From: Eledone cirrhosa
Lineage: Eukaryota
Assembly (NCBI GenBank): GCA_964016885.1
Contig: OZ024744.1
Span: 126,542,001 to 126,606,000, forward strand
Direction: 5' to 3'
DNA length: 64,000 nucleotides
The notes under the pieces are model-generated. The model did no database searches and was not told where the DNA came from. It was given only the letters and a program-made list of their open reading frames with translations. The stretch's first letter is position 1; the number at the start of each line of letters is the position of its first letter. Shown here piece by piece: positions 1 through 13,364 of this stretch. Both the position numbers and the translations under genes were made by a program.

Positions 1-240
1 TGTGACTGCGAAGATGACTTTCGAGTCCCGATTTGCTGAGGCAAAATCTCGCACAGAGGCTGCAAATGCAACGGTAATGCCCTTCCTCACATCCCACATT
101 ACGATCAGCAGCAACATTTTCCCATGTATCAGCAGAGATGTTAGCGTCTTTCAAAGAGGCTTTCAAGGAATCCTTATACCTCTTTTTTGGTTTATGTGGA
201 GGTCGTTTTCCTTTAACTAACTCTCCATAAAATAGTTGTT
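1..240 (-). mobile_element. 3' fragment of an RTE-clade LINE (cut by the window edge)
   Basis: Reverse complement of ~54940-55180 (QLFYGEL..GKRPPHKPKKRYKDSLK). Confidence 0.75.
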
Positions 241-845
241 TATACATATACATACACATAAGAGTTGTATACACATTTACATACATACGTACATATATAT
301 GTGTGTGTATATATATAAATATATATATAGAGAGAGAACAGTTGTATTGGATAATATCGCTGCTATTTCTAGCAGTTAGAGAGACTACGTAGAGGTTTTC
401 TTATTGATATATAATTGATATTTTATTGAGTATTACTTTCTGATTTACAATCAATTAAATACGATTGGAACTGTGTCTGAAGGTATTAAATTATATCAGG
501 GACTTTTAACGTGTGACACCGGTACGACAGTTGAAACATTACCAACGACACCGAGTACCTGCTGTCTTCAGTGCCTAAAGTAGAAACAATTATAACTTTA
601 ATTAATCTAATTATATCTTGTGTAACAATTATATATATATATATAATTTTAATTCCCCGACATCAGTCTTACACTGTCATATCTATTCTTACTTTACAAT
701 TGTGTCTACTAAGAGTTCCATTACAATCTGTAGTAGTAAAACTACTATTTCACCAGAACATCTGCTATCAGTCATTTGTAGACAATATATATATTTTAGA
801 CCACATATCAACCTAATATATATATATTTCCTATCAAATCTGTAG

Positions 846-1041
846 CTAAAGACATAAAGTCAGCCTCACTACTTCATTCTGACAAGATATCAATTTATGA
901 CTAAAGATGAAGATACACCAACGTTAATGTCGTGAAATAAAGCTGATAACATTGAAACTTCTAATTTGATAACAAAGAGATTATTTCTTTGGTTGTTTAG
1001 TAAAAGCTAACAACACAACACATTGATTATATCTGAAGGAG
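846..1041 (+). other. Putative non-coding exon 2 of the ZNF unit (paralogs 18736-18934 +, 39764-39962 -, 54156-54354 -)
   Basis: Acceptor ctgtAG at 844-845 and strong donor gag|GTAAGT at 1042, conserved in four copies; non-TE-looking sequence with only short uORFs. Confidence 0.5.
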
Positions 1042-1331
1042 GTAAGTTGACAAAGATTTACTTAATGTCTATATTAATGTGTGTAAATAATATAATTATG
1101 TGACCCCTACAACAATCGAGTAATTAACCAGATTCCACTGTTACATGTGATATAAAATATATTGTTATCATGACTGTCTTTATTATTTAATTACCTCCGT
1201 CTATATTTCAACCACTGGAACAACCTCAAACAAGAAACAGTTGTCACACTCAGTCAACATTTTAATGTAAAAAAATCGAAATAAATGTTATGAGTGTATA
1301 TAGATAGATGTATGTTGTGTGTGTATATATA

Positions 1332-1917
1332 CAGTAATCCCCCGCTATATCGCGGTTCACTTTTCGCGGTCCCGTTACATCGCGGATATTTCTTTAGAAC
1401 GTATTTAATTTCCTATCGCGGTAATCCTCGCCACATCGCGGATTATTCGTTAGAACATATCTAGTTTCTTATCGCGGTACGTCTGAATAAAAAGTATTTA
1501 AAATTTAAACTTATTAAATAAGTTTCAATGTTATTAAAGTGTATATCGTAAGGAAGGGACATCTTAAGGCTTTAATTATGAACAAATGTTTATATTTTTC
1601 ATTCCATTATTGTTTTACTGATTGTGTTTTGCTCTAATCTACTACAAACCCTTCATAGATTGACGGGAGATGTGCAGTGTATTACCAAGTGGCTACTGTG
1701 GCTGGCAATAGTCCTCATTGGTAACTAGTGGTATGATGGTTGGTGGTAGTTTCTATACGATCGTTACTGGCTGTTTTTGGTGTTTAAATACAAAAGTGTG
1801 TTTTAATGAGTTTATATGTACTTAAAGCATGTATGAGAGGTATTTTAAGGCTTAAACTATGAAAACAACGGTTGTCTTTATGGTCTCTCTATATCACGGT
1901 TGGTTCTGGAAGGTATC
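1332..1917. mobile_element. Tc1/mariner (pogo/Tigger-like) non-autonomous element, one end only; paralogs ~19337-19920, ~38165-38732, ~53280-53863
   Basis: TA|CAGTAATCCCCCGCTATATCGCGG terminus with repeated ATCGCGG subterminal motifs. Confidence 0.55.
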
Positions 1918-2105
1918 ATGGCTTAGTGGTTAGAGCATTGGGCTTACAATTAAAAGTTGGTGAGTTCGATTCTCGGACCATGTGATGTGTTGTGTCCTTG
2001 AGCAAGACACTTTATTTTACGTTGCTCCAGTTTACTCAGTTGTAGAAATGAGTTGTAATGTCACTGGTGCCAAGCTGTATCGGCCATAGCCTTTCCCTTG
2101 GACAT
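1918..2105 (+). mobile_element. tRNA-derived SINE with CORE-like body; paralogs ~19921-20100, ~38010-38162, ~53090-53277
   Basis: A box TGGCTTAGTGGTTAGAG, B box GAGTTCGATTC, then gtgtccttgagcaagacactt. Confidence 0.75.
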
Positions 2106-2228
2106 ATATATAGTGTATATATTCTCTATAATATATATAGTGTATATATATACTGTATAATATATATAGTGTATATATACTGCATAATATATATATAGTG
2201 TATATATACTGTATAATATATATAATGT

Positions 2229-5200
2229 ATCATCATCATCATCATCGTTTAACGTCCATGTTCAACGCTTGCATGGGTTTGGACGGGAGTTTTCCCACTT
2301 GAGGCAAGAGTGTGGCGGGTTTTCTACAGTTGGATGCCCTTCCTAACACCAACCACATTTACAGTGTGAGGCTGGGAGGTTTTTACCGTGTTGCCTACAC
2401 AGCCACATTACAGCGTGGACTGTCTGGCGGGTTTTCTACAGCTGGATACCCCTCCTAACACCAACCACATTTACAGTGTGGGGCTGGGAGGTTTTTACCG
2501 TGTTGCCTACACGGCCACATTACAGCGTGGACTGTGTGTTTTTTTGTCGTGACACCTACACGATCTCATTTGTTTCGGCCTGGATTTTGTGGCACCAACA
2601 TAACTTTACATTGAAAGGGGCGGTGTGGATGGGGTAGGGGTGGTGGGACGGGGGTGTATTTTGTTAGAGATGCCTACTGACTGTAGTAGGATTTACTTTG
2701 TATTTAGGTAAGGCGGGTCTTCTCTATTACTGAGTACCGCCAAAGGTCTCGGTCCAGTGACATTGTCTTGGAGAGGTGTAAGTGTGTGAGGTCGGAATTT
2801 ATCAGCTCGTCCCAGGTTTTTCTGGGTCTGCCTACTCCGTGGCTACCGTCTATCTTTATTGCCCTGCACTTTGTTATACAGCTATCGACTTTCATGTGCA
2901 TCACGTGACCATACCAACGTAGCCTTCTCTCTTTCATTTTTAGGGAGAACCCTTTAGCGGCTAATAGTGGTATAAGCTCTCTGAACTTTTTCCATCCAGT
3001 TCTGACTCTAGCTACTGTACTTTCAGAGCACCCTCCCCCACTGCTGATTGTTCACCCAGGTAACGGAGGCTGTCCACTATTTCTATAGAACCCTCTGCGC
3101 AATTGAAAGAGCTAGTATTTCGTGGGCACTTGCTGCTACTTATTGCACCAGAGCACCGGCCACATGTAAAATCTGTGTTCTTTGTTAGCTTACCTGTGAT
3201 CCCACTACATCTTTTATGCACCCATACCTTGCATTTGGGACATAAAATGGAGTTTCTACCTACGCCTTTCCTACACACTGAGCATGGCCATTTCCTGGAA
3301 GGGACCGGCGCCTTATTTTCTTTCCTACAAACTAGAACTTTAGTCTTAGCCAGGTTAATTTTAAGGCCTTTTGATTCTAGGCCGTGCTTCCATGTTTGGA
3401 ATTTCTTCTCTAGCTCGGCCATTGATTCAGCTATGAGCGTTAGATCATCTGCGTATAGGAGTTCCCATGGGCAGCCAGTCTTGAACTCCTCTGTTATAGC
3501 CTGAAGGGCAATAATAAATAGTAGGGGGCTAAGAACAGAGCCCTGATGGACACCAACTTTTACGCTAAACTCTTCACTATATTCGTTGTTAATTCTAACC
3601 TTCTTTATACATGGCTTGTATAGCTCTCACAAGCCATTCGTCAACATCTAGTTTTCTAAGAGCCCACCAGATAATGGAACGGGGGACTCTGTTGAAGGCT
3701 TTCTCCAAGTCGACAAAGGCTAAGTATAGGGGTTTACTTTTAGCTAGGTACTTCTCCTGTAGTTGTCATACAATGAAAAGAGCCTCTGTGGTACTTTTGC
3801 CTGACACAAACCCGAACTGCATTTCATCTAGATCAATTCTCTCTCTGATTAGTTGCACTATTACTTTTTCCGTGACCTTCATGACCTGGTCGATTAATTT
3901 AATGCCTCTATAGTTACTCCTATCTAGGGCGTCTCCTTTACCCTTGTAACAGTTAATGATGATGCTGCTACGCCAGTCCTTCGGAACAACTCCATTCTGT
4001 ATGACTTGGTTTACTATCCGGGTGACCATGGTGTGTCCCACCGTTCCAGAGGCCTTCAGCACCTCAGCAACTATTTCCGAAGGCCCAGCCGCCTTACCCG
4101 TCTTCATATCTTTGATTGCCTTACTTATTATACTACCTTCAACTAACACTGCTGGTCCCTCTATTGGATCGATCTGGGGGAGACTATCCTTCTCCCATTT
4201 ATTCTCCTCATTTAGTAGCCTCTCGTAGTGACACTTCCAAGCGACCTTCTTATCAGCGTCAGTGATGGCGAGTATGCCATCATCATTTAGTACACACTTC
4301 TCCCCAACAATATCACGGTTTTCCTTGACACATTGCCTAGCAATCCTGAACACCTAACGTTTTTGGTCCTCGCGTTGTAGAACATGCTTGAACTTTCTTT
4401 CCTCTGTTTCCCTTCTTGAGAAGTACACTTGTCTCCTAGCTTCCCTCCTGGCCACTTGATAGTCTTCTCTACTTCCCCCATCCCGCCATACTTTCCAAGC
4501 CTGCTTTTTGGCCTTAATCGACTCCTCCACCTTACTGTTCCACCACCATGTTACTCTCCTCCTGCCTATAGGCCTGCTCCGGCCACAGACTTCGTCTGCC
4601 GCCATCAGCAGGTTTGCTTTCAGGAATTCCCACTGTCCCTCTATATTGTCCGACTCTAAATGCTCTTCCTTACTGTCGAAAGCATCAAGTAATATGCTTT
4701 GAAATTTATTTCTGGCTGTGGGGTCCTTTAGCTTCCATATTTTTCTCCTGAGGATAGTCCTCTTCTGCTGTCTAGTACGACTCGTCCTGACTATGAGGTC
4801 GCTAATTATCAGTCTATATTGGGAGGTGCATTCTTCATGGGGGAGGGATTTAGTGTTTACAACAGTCACTCTGTCACGTCTTCTGGTAAGGATATAATCT
4901 ACCTGGCTGGTATGTTCCCCTGATCTGTAGGTGATCAAGTGATTGTCTCATTTTTTGAAGTTAGTGTTACAGATAGTTAGGTTATTTGCGTCACAGAATT
5001 CCAGGATTCTGGAGCCTTCCTCATTTCTAGTACCAAACCCATAGCCTCCATGGATTTCATCATAGCCGTCACAATGTTGTCCAACGTGACCATTTAGGTC
5101 GCCAGCAATAATTATATAGTCACTGTCGGTTATTTGGGAGGTAGTGAGCATCAGTGTCTCATAGAATCTGTCTTTTATAGCGCCAGGCAGTCCGGATTGG

Positions 5201-5320
5201 GGCGCGTATGTAGATATTACTGTCACAGTAGTTCTATTTAGAACATGTCTTATTTTAATTATTCTGTCGTTTACTCTATTTACGTCTATTATATTATCCA
5301 CCCATTTTTCTGCTAACATG
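2229..5320 (-). mobile_element. RTE-clade LINE, 5'-truncated within the endonuclease, with stops, a frameshift and an internal deletion
   Basis: ORF pieces 4948-5319 (APE: YAPQ, GDLNGHVG), 4354-4938, 3766-4353 (NYRGIKL, QFGF), RT QGSVLSP and YADD near 3440-3550, 3012-3422, 2704-2937; 3' UTR ending in (GAT)n. Present only in unit 1. Confidence 0.95.
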
Positions 5321-5582
5321 ATTATATATATATATACTGTATAATATATATTGTATATATATATGTTGTGATGTTACTAGTGCCAAGCTGTATCGTCCAT
5401 AGCCTTTCTCTTGGTCATATATATAGTGGATATATACTGTACACAGTGTATATATAATATATACATAGTGTATATATATAGTATATATATATGTTTTGAC
5501 GTCACTCGTGCCAAGCTGTATTGGCCATTGCCTTTCTCTTGGACATATATATCGTGTATAGATACTGTATACAGTATGTATA

Positions 5583-6900
5583 TCATCATCATCACCGTTT
5601 TACGTCCCTTCTTCCATGGTAGTATGGGTTAGACAGGTTGTCCTGTTGTGGGCAGTGCCAGGTGGGGTGACCTTGTCTTGCTCAGATGGGAACTGATTCT
5701 GGCTTGATATCTACAGCTGGATGCCCTTCCTAACACCAACCTCACAGTGAGTGATGGGTGCTTTTTTGTTGTGACACCTCCACGGCCACTTTACAGTGGG
5801 AGGGGGGAGGGGAATATTGTCTATGTGCTTCGGCTTGTACCCAGGGGCTACAACACAACCTCCTCTGCTGCACACAGCATTTGATTCCTCTGATGCTCAG
5901 TCTCTCTCTCAATTTGTTAATGCTTTGCCGTTCGCGTATATTACTTTCGCGTATATTTCGTTTCTTTCTAATCTACGCAAGTCTTCTACAGACAGCGCCC
6001 AGGTCTCACTACCATGTAACATTGCTGTTCGTATGCACGCATCATACTGTCTGCCTTTCATTTTGAGGGAAAAGCCTTTTGCAGCTAGCAGTGGCAGTAG
6101 CTCCCTGAACATCTTCAATCCCGTTGTTACCCTGGTTACTGTACTTTCAGAACACCCATCTCTGCTGCTTATTCGGTCACCTAGGTAGCAAAAGCTGTCT
6201 ATTGTTTCTACAGAGCTCTCCCAGAGTTTGGTGGTGCTTGTTTCTTTAGTTCTGCCATAGATTCAGCTATAAGTGTAAGATCATCCACATATAGGAGTTC
6301 CTATGGGCATCAGGTCTTAAACTCCTCTGTTATAGCCTGCAATACTATAATAAACAGGAGAGGGCTAAGAACAGAGCCCTGGTAGACACCGACCTGTATG
6401 CTAGATTCCTCGCTATAGTAATTGTTAAGCCTAACTTTACTGACATGGCCCCTATACATGGCTTGTACAGCTTTCACAAGCCACTCATCTACTGCTAGAT
6501 TTCTAAGAGCCCACCATATTATAGCACGGGGCACTCTGTGGAAGGCTTTTTCCATATCGACCAGAGCCAGGTTGAGCGGCTTGCTTTTAGCTAGGTACTT
6601 TACCTGTAACTGCCTCACAAGGAAGAGGGCATCAGTGGTGCTTTTTCCTGCAACAACCGAAACTGCATCTCATCTAGTTTTACCCAGTCCCTGATCAACT
6701 GTGCTATGACTCTTTCCATTACTTTCATGACCTGGTCCATCATGACCTGGCCCACAGCATACGTCAATATCTTTTCACTCTAGCATGTCTATAATTTCTC
6801 CTTCCCTTCCTTTCATTGTGCTTATGTTGATGCTGCCAACTCAGAGTTTTGGACATTTGCCATCATTTGTGGGAGAGGGTGAATTTTTGCGGGGGAGTGT
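5583..6900 (-). mobile_element. Degenerate, internally deleted RTE LINE
   Basis: RT fragments (DMEKAF, QGSVLSPLLF, MLHGSETW), APE fragment near 6760-6860, (GAT)n tail at ~5583. Confidence 0.85.
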
Positions 6901-8762
6901 GTTGGGGCTGGTAAGGGCTAGAAGAACAGTAGTAGTAATGGCAGAGTTTGTTGGGGCTGGTAAGGGCTAGAAGGACAGTAGTAGTAATGGCAGAGTTTGT
7001 TGGGGCTGGTAAGGGCTAGAAGGACAGTAGTAGTAATGGCAGAGTTTGTTGGGGCTGGTAAGGGCTAGAAGGACAGTAGTAGTAATGGCAGTGTTTGTTA
7101 GGGCTGGTAAGGGCTAGAAGGACAGTAGTATTAATGGCAGTTTGTTGGGGCTGGTAAGGGCTAGGAGGACAGTAGTAGCAATTGCAGAGTGTGTTGGGGC
7201 TGGTAAGGGCTAGAAGGACAGTAGTAGTAATGGCAGAGTTTGTTGGGGCTGGTAAGGGCTAGAAGGACAGTAGTAGTAATGGCAGAGTTTGTTGGGGCTG
7301 GTAAGGGCTAGAAGGACAGTAGTAGTAATGGCAGAGTTTGTTGGGGCTGGTAAGGGCTAGAAGGACAGTAGTAGTAATGGCAGTGTTTGTTAGGGCTGGT
7401 AAGGGCTAGAAGGACAGTAGTATTAATGGCAGTTTGTTGGGGCTGGTAAGGGCTAGGAGGACAGTAGTAGCAATTGCAGAGTGTGTTGGGGCTGGTAAGG
7501 GCTAGAAGGACAGTAGTAGTAATGGCAGAGTTTGTTGGGGCTGGTAAGGGCTAGAAGGACAGTAGTAGTAATGGCAGAGTTTGTTGGGGCTGGTAAGGGC
7601 TAGAAGGACAGTAGTAGTAATGGCAGAGTTTGTTGGGGCTGGTAAGGGCTAGAAGGACAGTAGTAGTAATGGCAGTGTTTGTTAGGGCTGGTAAGGGCTA
7701 GAAGGACAGTAGTATTAATGGCAGTTTGTTGGGGCTGGTAAGGGCTAGGAGGACAGTAGTAGCAATTGCAGAGTGTGTTGGGGCTGGTAAGGGCTAGAAG
7801 GACAGTAGTAGTAATGGCAGAGTTTGTTGGGGCTGGTAAGGGCTAGAAGGACAGTAGTAGTAATGGCAGAGTTTGTTGGGGCTGGTAAGGGCTAGAAGGA
7901 CAGTAGTAGTAATGGCAGAGTTTGTTGGGGCTGGTAAGGGCTAGAAGGACAGTAGTAGTAATGGCAGTGTTTGTTAGGGCTGGTAAGGGCTAGAAGGACA
8001 GTAGTATTAATGGCAGTTTGTTGGGGCTGGTAAGGGCTAGGAGGACAGTAGTAGCAATTGCAGAGTGTGTTGGGGCTGGTAAGGGCTAGAAGGACAGTAG
8101 TAGTAATGGCAGAGTTTGTTGGGGCTGGTAAGGGCTAGAAGGACAGTAGTAGTAATGGCAGAGTTTGTTGGGGCTGGTAAGGGCTAGAAGGACAGTAGTA
8201 GTAATGGCAGAGTTTGTTGGGGCTGGTAAGGGCTAGAAGGACAGTAGTAGTAATGGCAGTGTTTGTTAGGGCTGGTAAGGGCTAGAAGGACAGTAGTATT
8301 AATGGCAGTTTGTTGGGGCTGGTAAGGGCTAGGAGGACAGTAGTAGCAATTGCAGAGTGTGTTGGGGCTGGTAAGGGCTAGAAGGACAGTAGTAGTAATG
8401 GCAGAGTTTGTTGGGGCTGGTAAGGGCTAGAAGGACAGTAGTAGTAATGGCAGAGTTTGTTGGGGCTGGTAAGGGCTAGAAGGACAGTAGTAGTAATGGC
8501 AGAGTTTGTTGGGGCTGGTAAGGGCTAGAAGGACAGTAGTAGTAATGGCAGTGTTTGTTAGGGCTGGTAAGGGCTAGAAGGACAGTAGTATTAATGGCAG
8601 TTTGTTGGGGCTGGTAAGGGCTAGGAGGACAGTAGTAGCAATTGCAGAGTGTGTTGGGGCTGGTAAGGGCTAGAAGGACAGTAGTAGTAATGGCAGAGTT
8701 TGTTGGGGCTGGTAAGGGCTAGAAGGACAGTTGTAGTAATGGCAGAGTTTGTTGGGGCTGGT
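6901..8762. repeat. 49-bp minisatellite, ~38 units, with a 292-bp higher-order repeat
   Basis: Unit gttggggctggtaagggctagaaggacagtagtagtaatggcagagttt; marker caattg at 7179, 7471, 7763, 8055, 8347, 8639. Confidence 0.97.
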
Positions 8763-9194
8763 AATGGATAAGGACATGTTGCTGAGGTTTGATTGGTCAA
8801 ATAGCCTATGGTGGTGAGTGGGAAATTGTGAGATAGGTAGCCATCATGACATATATCATCACAGGAGATTCGGGGGGAAATAAGCAGATGTAAGTAGACA
8901 TATTAGACAAGGCAAATATGCAAGAATTTCAAAGATTGTCTCCTAGCTTTGTAATCACCGAAATGAATGAGTGGGAGAAAGGGGAGGTAATGGCGGGGGT
9001 TAGGGTTGAGTTTGTAGAGAAAGAGACAATGTCCAACATGGTTTATATCAAAAACAAGGTCGAAGTATATACATTGTGGAAACAAGTGAATGATAATAAT
9101 AATAATGTAAACAGAACATTTTGAAACTGGGGAAGAGAGATAGCTGTAGAATAGAAATAATCTATGGATGTCTGGGATATAAGTTACATATATA

Positions 9195-9398
9195 TGTTGT
9201 GATGTCACTGGTGCCAAGCTGTGTCAGCCATTGCCTTTCCCTTGGACAACATATATGGTGTATACATATATATATAGTGTATATATATGTTGTGATGTCA
9301 CTGGTGCCAAGCTGTATCAGCCATTACATTTCCCTTGGACAACATATATGGTGTATATATATATATATATATATAGTGTATAATATATATTGTACACA

Positions 9399-9435
<37 letters not shown>

Positions 9436-9860
9436 GATGTCACTGGTGCCAAGCTGTGTCAGCCATTGCCTTTCCCTTGGACAACATATATAGTGTATAA
9501 TATATATTGTACACAGTGTATATATATATATACACTATATATATATATATACACTATATATATATATAGTGTATATATATGTTGTGATGTCACTGGTGCC
9601 AAGCTGTGTCAGCCATTGCCTTTCCCTTGGACAACATATATGGTGTATATATATATTGTACACAGTGTATATATGTATATATATAGTGTATATATATGTT
9701 GTGATGTCACTGGTGCCAAGCTGTGTCAGGCATTGCCTTTCCCTTCGACATATATATAGTGTATATATACTGTATAATATATATAGTGTATATATATGTT
9801 GTGATGTCACAAGTGCCAAGCTGTATCGGCCATAGCCTTTCTCTTGGACAACATATATAG
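9195..9860 (+). repeat. Tandem array of six ~60-bp SINE 3'-derived units separated by variable TA-rich spacers
   Basis: atgttgtgatgtcactggtgccaagctgtgtcagccattgcctttcccttggacaac matches the SINE end at ~2050-2105; related arrays at ~5360-5550, ~20050-20380, ~34870-35030, ~49020-49690. Confidence 0.85.
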
Positions 9861-9894
9861 GGTATTATATATACTGTACACAGTGTATATATAC

Positions 9895-10410
9895 ATCATC
9901 ATCATCATCATCGTTTAACGTCCATCTTCCACGCTAGCATGGGTTTGGACGGGAGTTTTGCCACTTGAGGCAAGAATGGTTGTCTTGCTCGCATAGGACT
10001 GTCTGGTGGGTTTTCATACGGGTGGATGCCCTTCCTAACACCAACCACATTTACAGTGTGGACTGGGAGGTTTTTACCGTGTTACCTACACGGCCACATT
10101 ACAGCGTGGCCTGTGTTTTTTTTTTGTTGTGACACCTACACGACCTCATTTGTTTCGGATTGGATGTTGTGGTACCAACATAACTTCACATTTAAGGTGG
10201 TGGTGTGGATGGGGTGGGGGTGTATTTTGTTAGAGGTGCCTACTGACTGTTGCTTTCAGCAGGTTCACTTTCAAGGATTGCCACTGTTCTTCTATATTAC
10301 ATGTCTCTAATTGATCTTCCTTATTGTCAAAGGCATCAAGTAATAGGCGTTTAAATTTGTCACTGGCTATGGGGTCCTTTAACTTCCATAATCTTCTACT
10401 CAAGGTAGTC
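9895..10410 (-). mobile_element. Internally deleted RTE (short ORF piece fused to the 3' UTR); paralogs ~34305-34829, ~63411-63929; absent from unit 3
   Basis: WKLKDP-like segment joined to the 3' UTR and (GAT)n tail seen in the 2229-5320 element. Confidence 0.75.
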
Positions 10411-10489
10411 TACAATTTACCAATATAGAAATATAAAATTTCCACTGTTAAATCTATCTCTGCTTCTAAAGTATTCTGTATTATCTCAT

Positions 10490-10511
10490 ACTGTTTCTTT
10501 CTTATTTCAGA
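10490..10511 (+). other. Splice acceptor of the ZNF terminal exon (exon starts 10511; paralogs 34200, 48632, 63308 on -)
   Basis: Polypyrimidine tract + CAG (ctgtttctttcttatttcag|aata) conserved in all four copies. Confidence 0.6.
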
Positions 10512-10861
10512 ATACCAGATGACATTGGGATAAATTATTATGTTCAATCTTGGATACATCACCTCTATTTATCATCATCTTAAAACTGAAACATTCTAAG
10601 CAGAACTTATATAACACTGTTTATATAAATCTCTCGTAATATTACTGTGAAATATTTCCTCAAAACTGAGTTTATTTTCTTCACTATCAGATGATTTTGT
10701 ATTTTAACTAAACTTGGATGAACAAGAAGTTTGTATTATCTTCAGATATTAACTGAAATATAGTTGAGGGAAATATAGAAGAAGAAATATTTTTTAAGAA
10801 ATATAATATAAAAAAAATGACAAGGAAAACATCTGTATATTCTGTTGAAGAAGGAATAATT

Positions 10862-11197
<336 letters not shown>

Positions 11198-12634
11198 ATG
11201 CCATATCACTGTGATATCTGTGGTAAATCATTCTCTGATAGTAGTTCTTTAATTAGGCATAAACGTATACATACAGGAGAGAAACCATATCAATGCGATA
11301 TCTGTGGTAAATCATTCTCTAATAGTAGTACCTTAACTTCTCACATACATACCCATACAGGTGAGAAACCATATCACTGCGATATCTGTGGTAAGTCATT
11401 CTCTCAAAATAGTCACGTAACTGATCACAAACGTATACATACAGGAGACAAGCCATATCACTGTGATATCTGTGGTAAATCATTCTCTCTAAGTAGTAAC
11501 TTAACTAACCACAAACGTATACATACAGGGGACAAGCCATATTACTGTGATATCTGTGGTATATCATTCTCTCAAAGTAGTACCTTCACTAGCCACAAAC
11601 GTACACATACGGGAGACAAGCCATGTCACTGTGATATCTGTGGTAAATCTTTCTCTGTAAGTGGTCTCTTAACTAGACACAAACATACACATACAGGAGA
11701 CAAGCCATATCACTGTGATATCTGTGGTAAATCATACTCTGATAGTAGTCACTTAACTAGACACAAACGTACACATACGGGAGACAAGCCATATCACTGT
11801 GATATCTGTGGTAAATCATTCTCTGTAAGTTATACCTTAACTAGACACAAACGTACCCATACAGGAGAGAAACCATATCACTGTGATGTCTGTGGTAAAT
11901 CATTCTCTCTAAGTAGTAACTTAACTACACATAAACGTACACATACGGGAGACAAGCCATATCACTGTGATATCTGTGGTAAATCATTCTCTCTAAGTGG
12001 TACCTTAACTAGCCACAAACGTACCCATACAGGAGAGAAGCCATATCACTGTGATATCTGTGGTAAATCATTCTCTCTAAGTGGTACCTTAACTAACCAC
12101 AAACATATACATACAGGAGACAAGCCATATCACTGTCATATCTGTGGTAAATCATTCTCTCAAAGTAGTACCTTCACTACACACAAATTTATACATACAG
12201 GAGACAAGCCATATCACTGTGATATCTGTGGTAAATCATTCTCTGAAAGTAGATCCTTATTTAAGCATAAACGTATACATACAGGAGACAAGCCATATCA
12301 CTGTAATATCTGTGGTATATCATTCTCTCAAAGTAGTAACTTAACTGCACATAAACGTATACATACAGGAGACAAGCCATATCACTGTGATATCTGTGGT
12401 AAATCATTCTCTCAAAGTAGTAACCTAACTACACATAAACGTACACATACAGGAGACAAGCCATATCACTGTGATATCTGTGGTAAATCATTCTCTCTGA
12501 GTGGTACCTTAACTAGCCATACATGTTCCCATACAGGAGACAAGCCGTATCACTGTGATATCTGTGGTATATCATTCTCTGGGAAAAGTAGCCTAGCTAC
12601 TCACAAACTTATACATGCAGAAGAGAAATTATAA
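11198..12634 (+). CDS. Tandem C2H2 zinc-finger protein, copy 1 (17 fingers, no effector domain visible)
   Basis: 478-aa ORF of 28-aa repeats CxxC-x12-HxxxH with TG(D/E)KPY linkers. The ATG sits in a linker (TGGMPY); the upstream homologous N-terminus and fingers are disrupted. Confidence 0.9.
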   Translation: MPYHCDICGKSFSDSSSLIRHKRIHTGEKPYQCDICGKSFSNSSTLTSHIHTHTGEKPYHCDICGKSFSQNSHVTDHKRIHTGDKPYHCDICGKSFSLSSNLTNHKRIHTGDKPYYCDICGISFSQSSTFTSHKRTHTGDKPCHCDICGKSFSVSGLLTRHKHTHTGDKPYHCDICGKSYSDSSHLTRHKRTHTGDKPYHCDICGKSFSVSYTLTRHKRTHTGEKPYHCDVCGKSFSLSSNLTTHKRTHTGDKPYHCDICGKSFSLSGTLTSHKRTHTGEKPYHCDICGKSFSLSGTLTNHKHIHTGDKPYHCHICGKSFSQSSTFTTHKFIHTGDKPYHCDICGKSFSESRSLFKHKRIHTGDKPYHCNICGISFSQSSNLTAHKRIHTGDKPYHCDICGKSFSQSSNLTTHKRTHTGDKPYHCDICGKSFSLSGTLTSHTCSHTGDKPYHCDICGISFSGKSSLATHKLIHAEEKL

Positions 12635-13065
12635 CGCATTGACATCAGTGATAAATCATTTCCTCAAATTTGTGAATTAATGAGAATACAAATACATATC
12701 ATTGTGACATCTGAGAGAAACCATTCTCTTTGAATGTTACACACAAACATATACATACAGCTGGGAAGCCATATCGCTTTGATATATTTGGTAAATCTTT
12801 CTCTAAATGTTGTGACTTCACTAGACACTAACATCTACAGGAGAGGAACCATATCACTGTGATGTCTGTGGTAAATGCTTCTCTAAATTCTGTGACTTCA
12901 TTAGACACTAACATCTACAGGAGAGGAACCATATCACTGTGATGTCTGTGGTAAATGCTTCTCTAAATTCTGTGACTTCATTAGACACTAATATCTCCAG
13001 GAGAGGAACCATATCACTGTGATGTCTGTGGTAAATCGTTCTCTTCTAAAGATTACTTAATGTAA
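12635..13065 (+). pseudogene. Degenerate zinc-finger repeats downstream of the stop (3' UTR); paralogs ~31560-31909, ~46090-46531, ~60570-60876
   Basis: Repeats of ggagaggaaccatatcactgtgatgtctgtggtaaatgcttctctaaattc... with in-frame stops; AATAAA at 13129-13134. Confidence 0.8.
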
Positions 13066-13364
13066 CACAATTAGATGAAAACCATGTCACTCACCAAAAA
13101 TAGTGCCACCAATGTTGTTAATATTTTGAATAAAACTGTTTTACTAAGAAATTCCGCTCCTTTAATTTTATTAGTAGAAGTTGTAACCAAGAGTTTTGCC
13201 GACAAAACTGTATTGTTCAGAATTTACACACGTTATATATATGTGAATGTATGTGTGTAGAAATTTGTGTCCATGTATATGTTGTTTCTATGTTTGTATA
13301 TACGTATCTGCATATCTGTGTTTGATTTATTTGTGTATGTATGTGTGTATATGTACGTCATCTT

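Noticed and set aside
1918-1985. tRNA gene
   Set aside because: A/B boxes continue into a SINE body and the sequence is multi-copy; no convincing cloverleaf
6901-9860. CRISPR array (49-bp repeats or the 60-bp repeat-spacer array)
   Set aside because: No unique spacers, no cas genes, eukaryotic context; these are a minisatellite and a SINE-derived satellite
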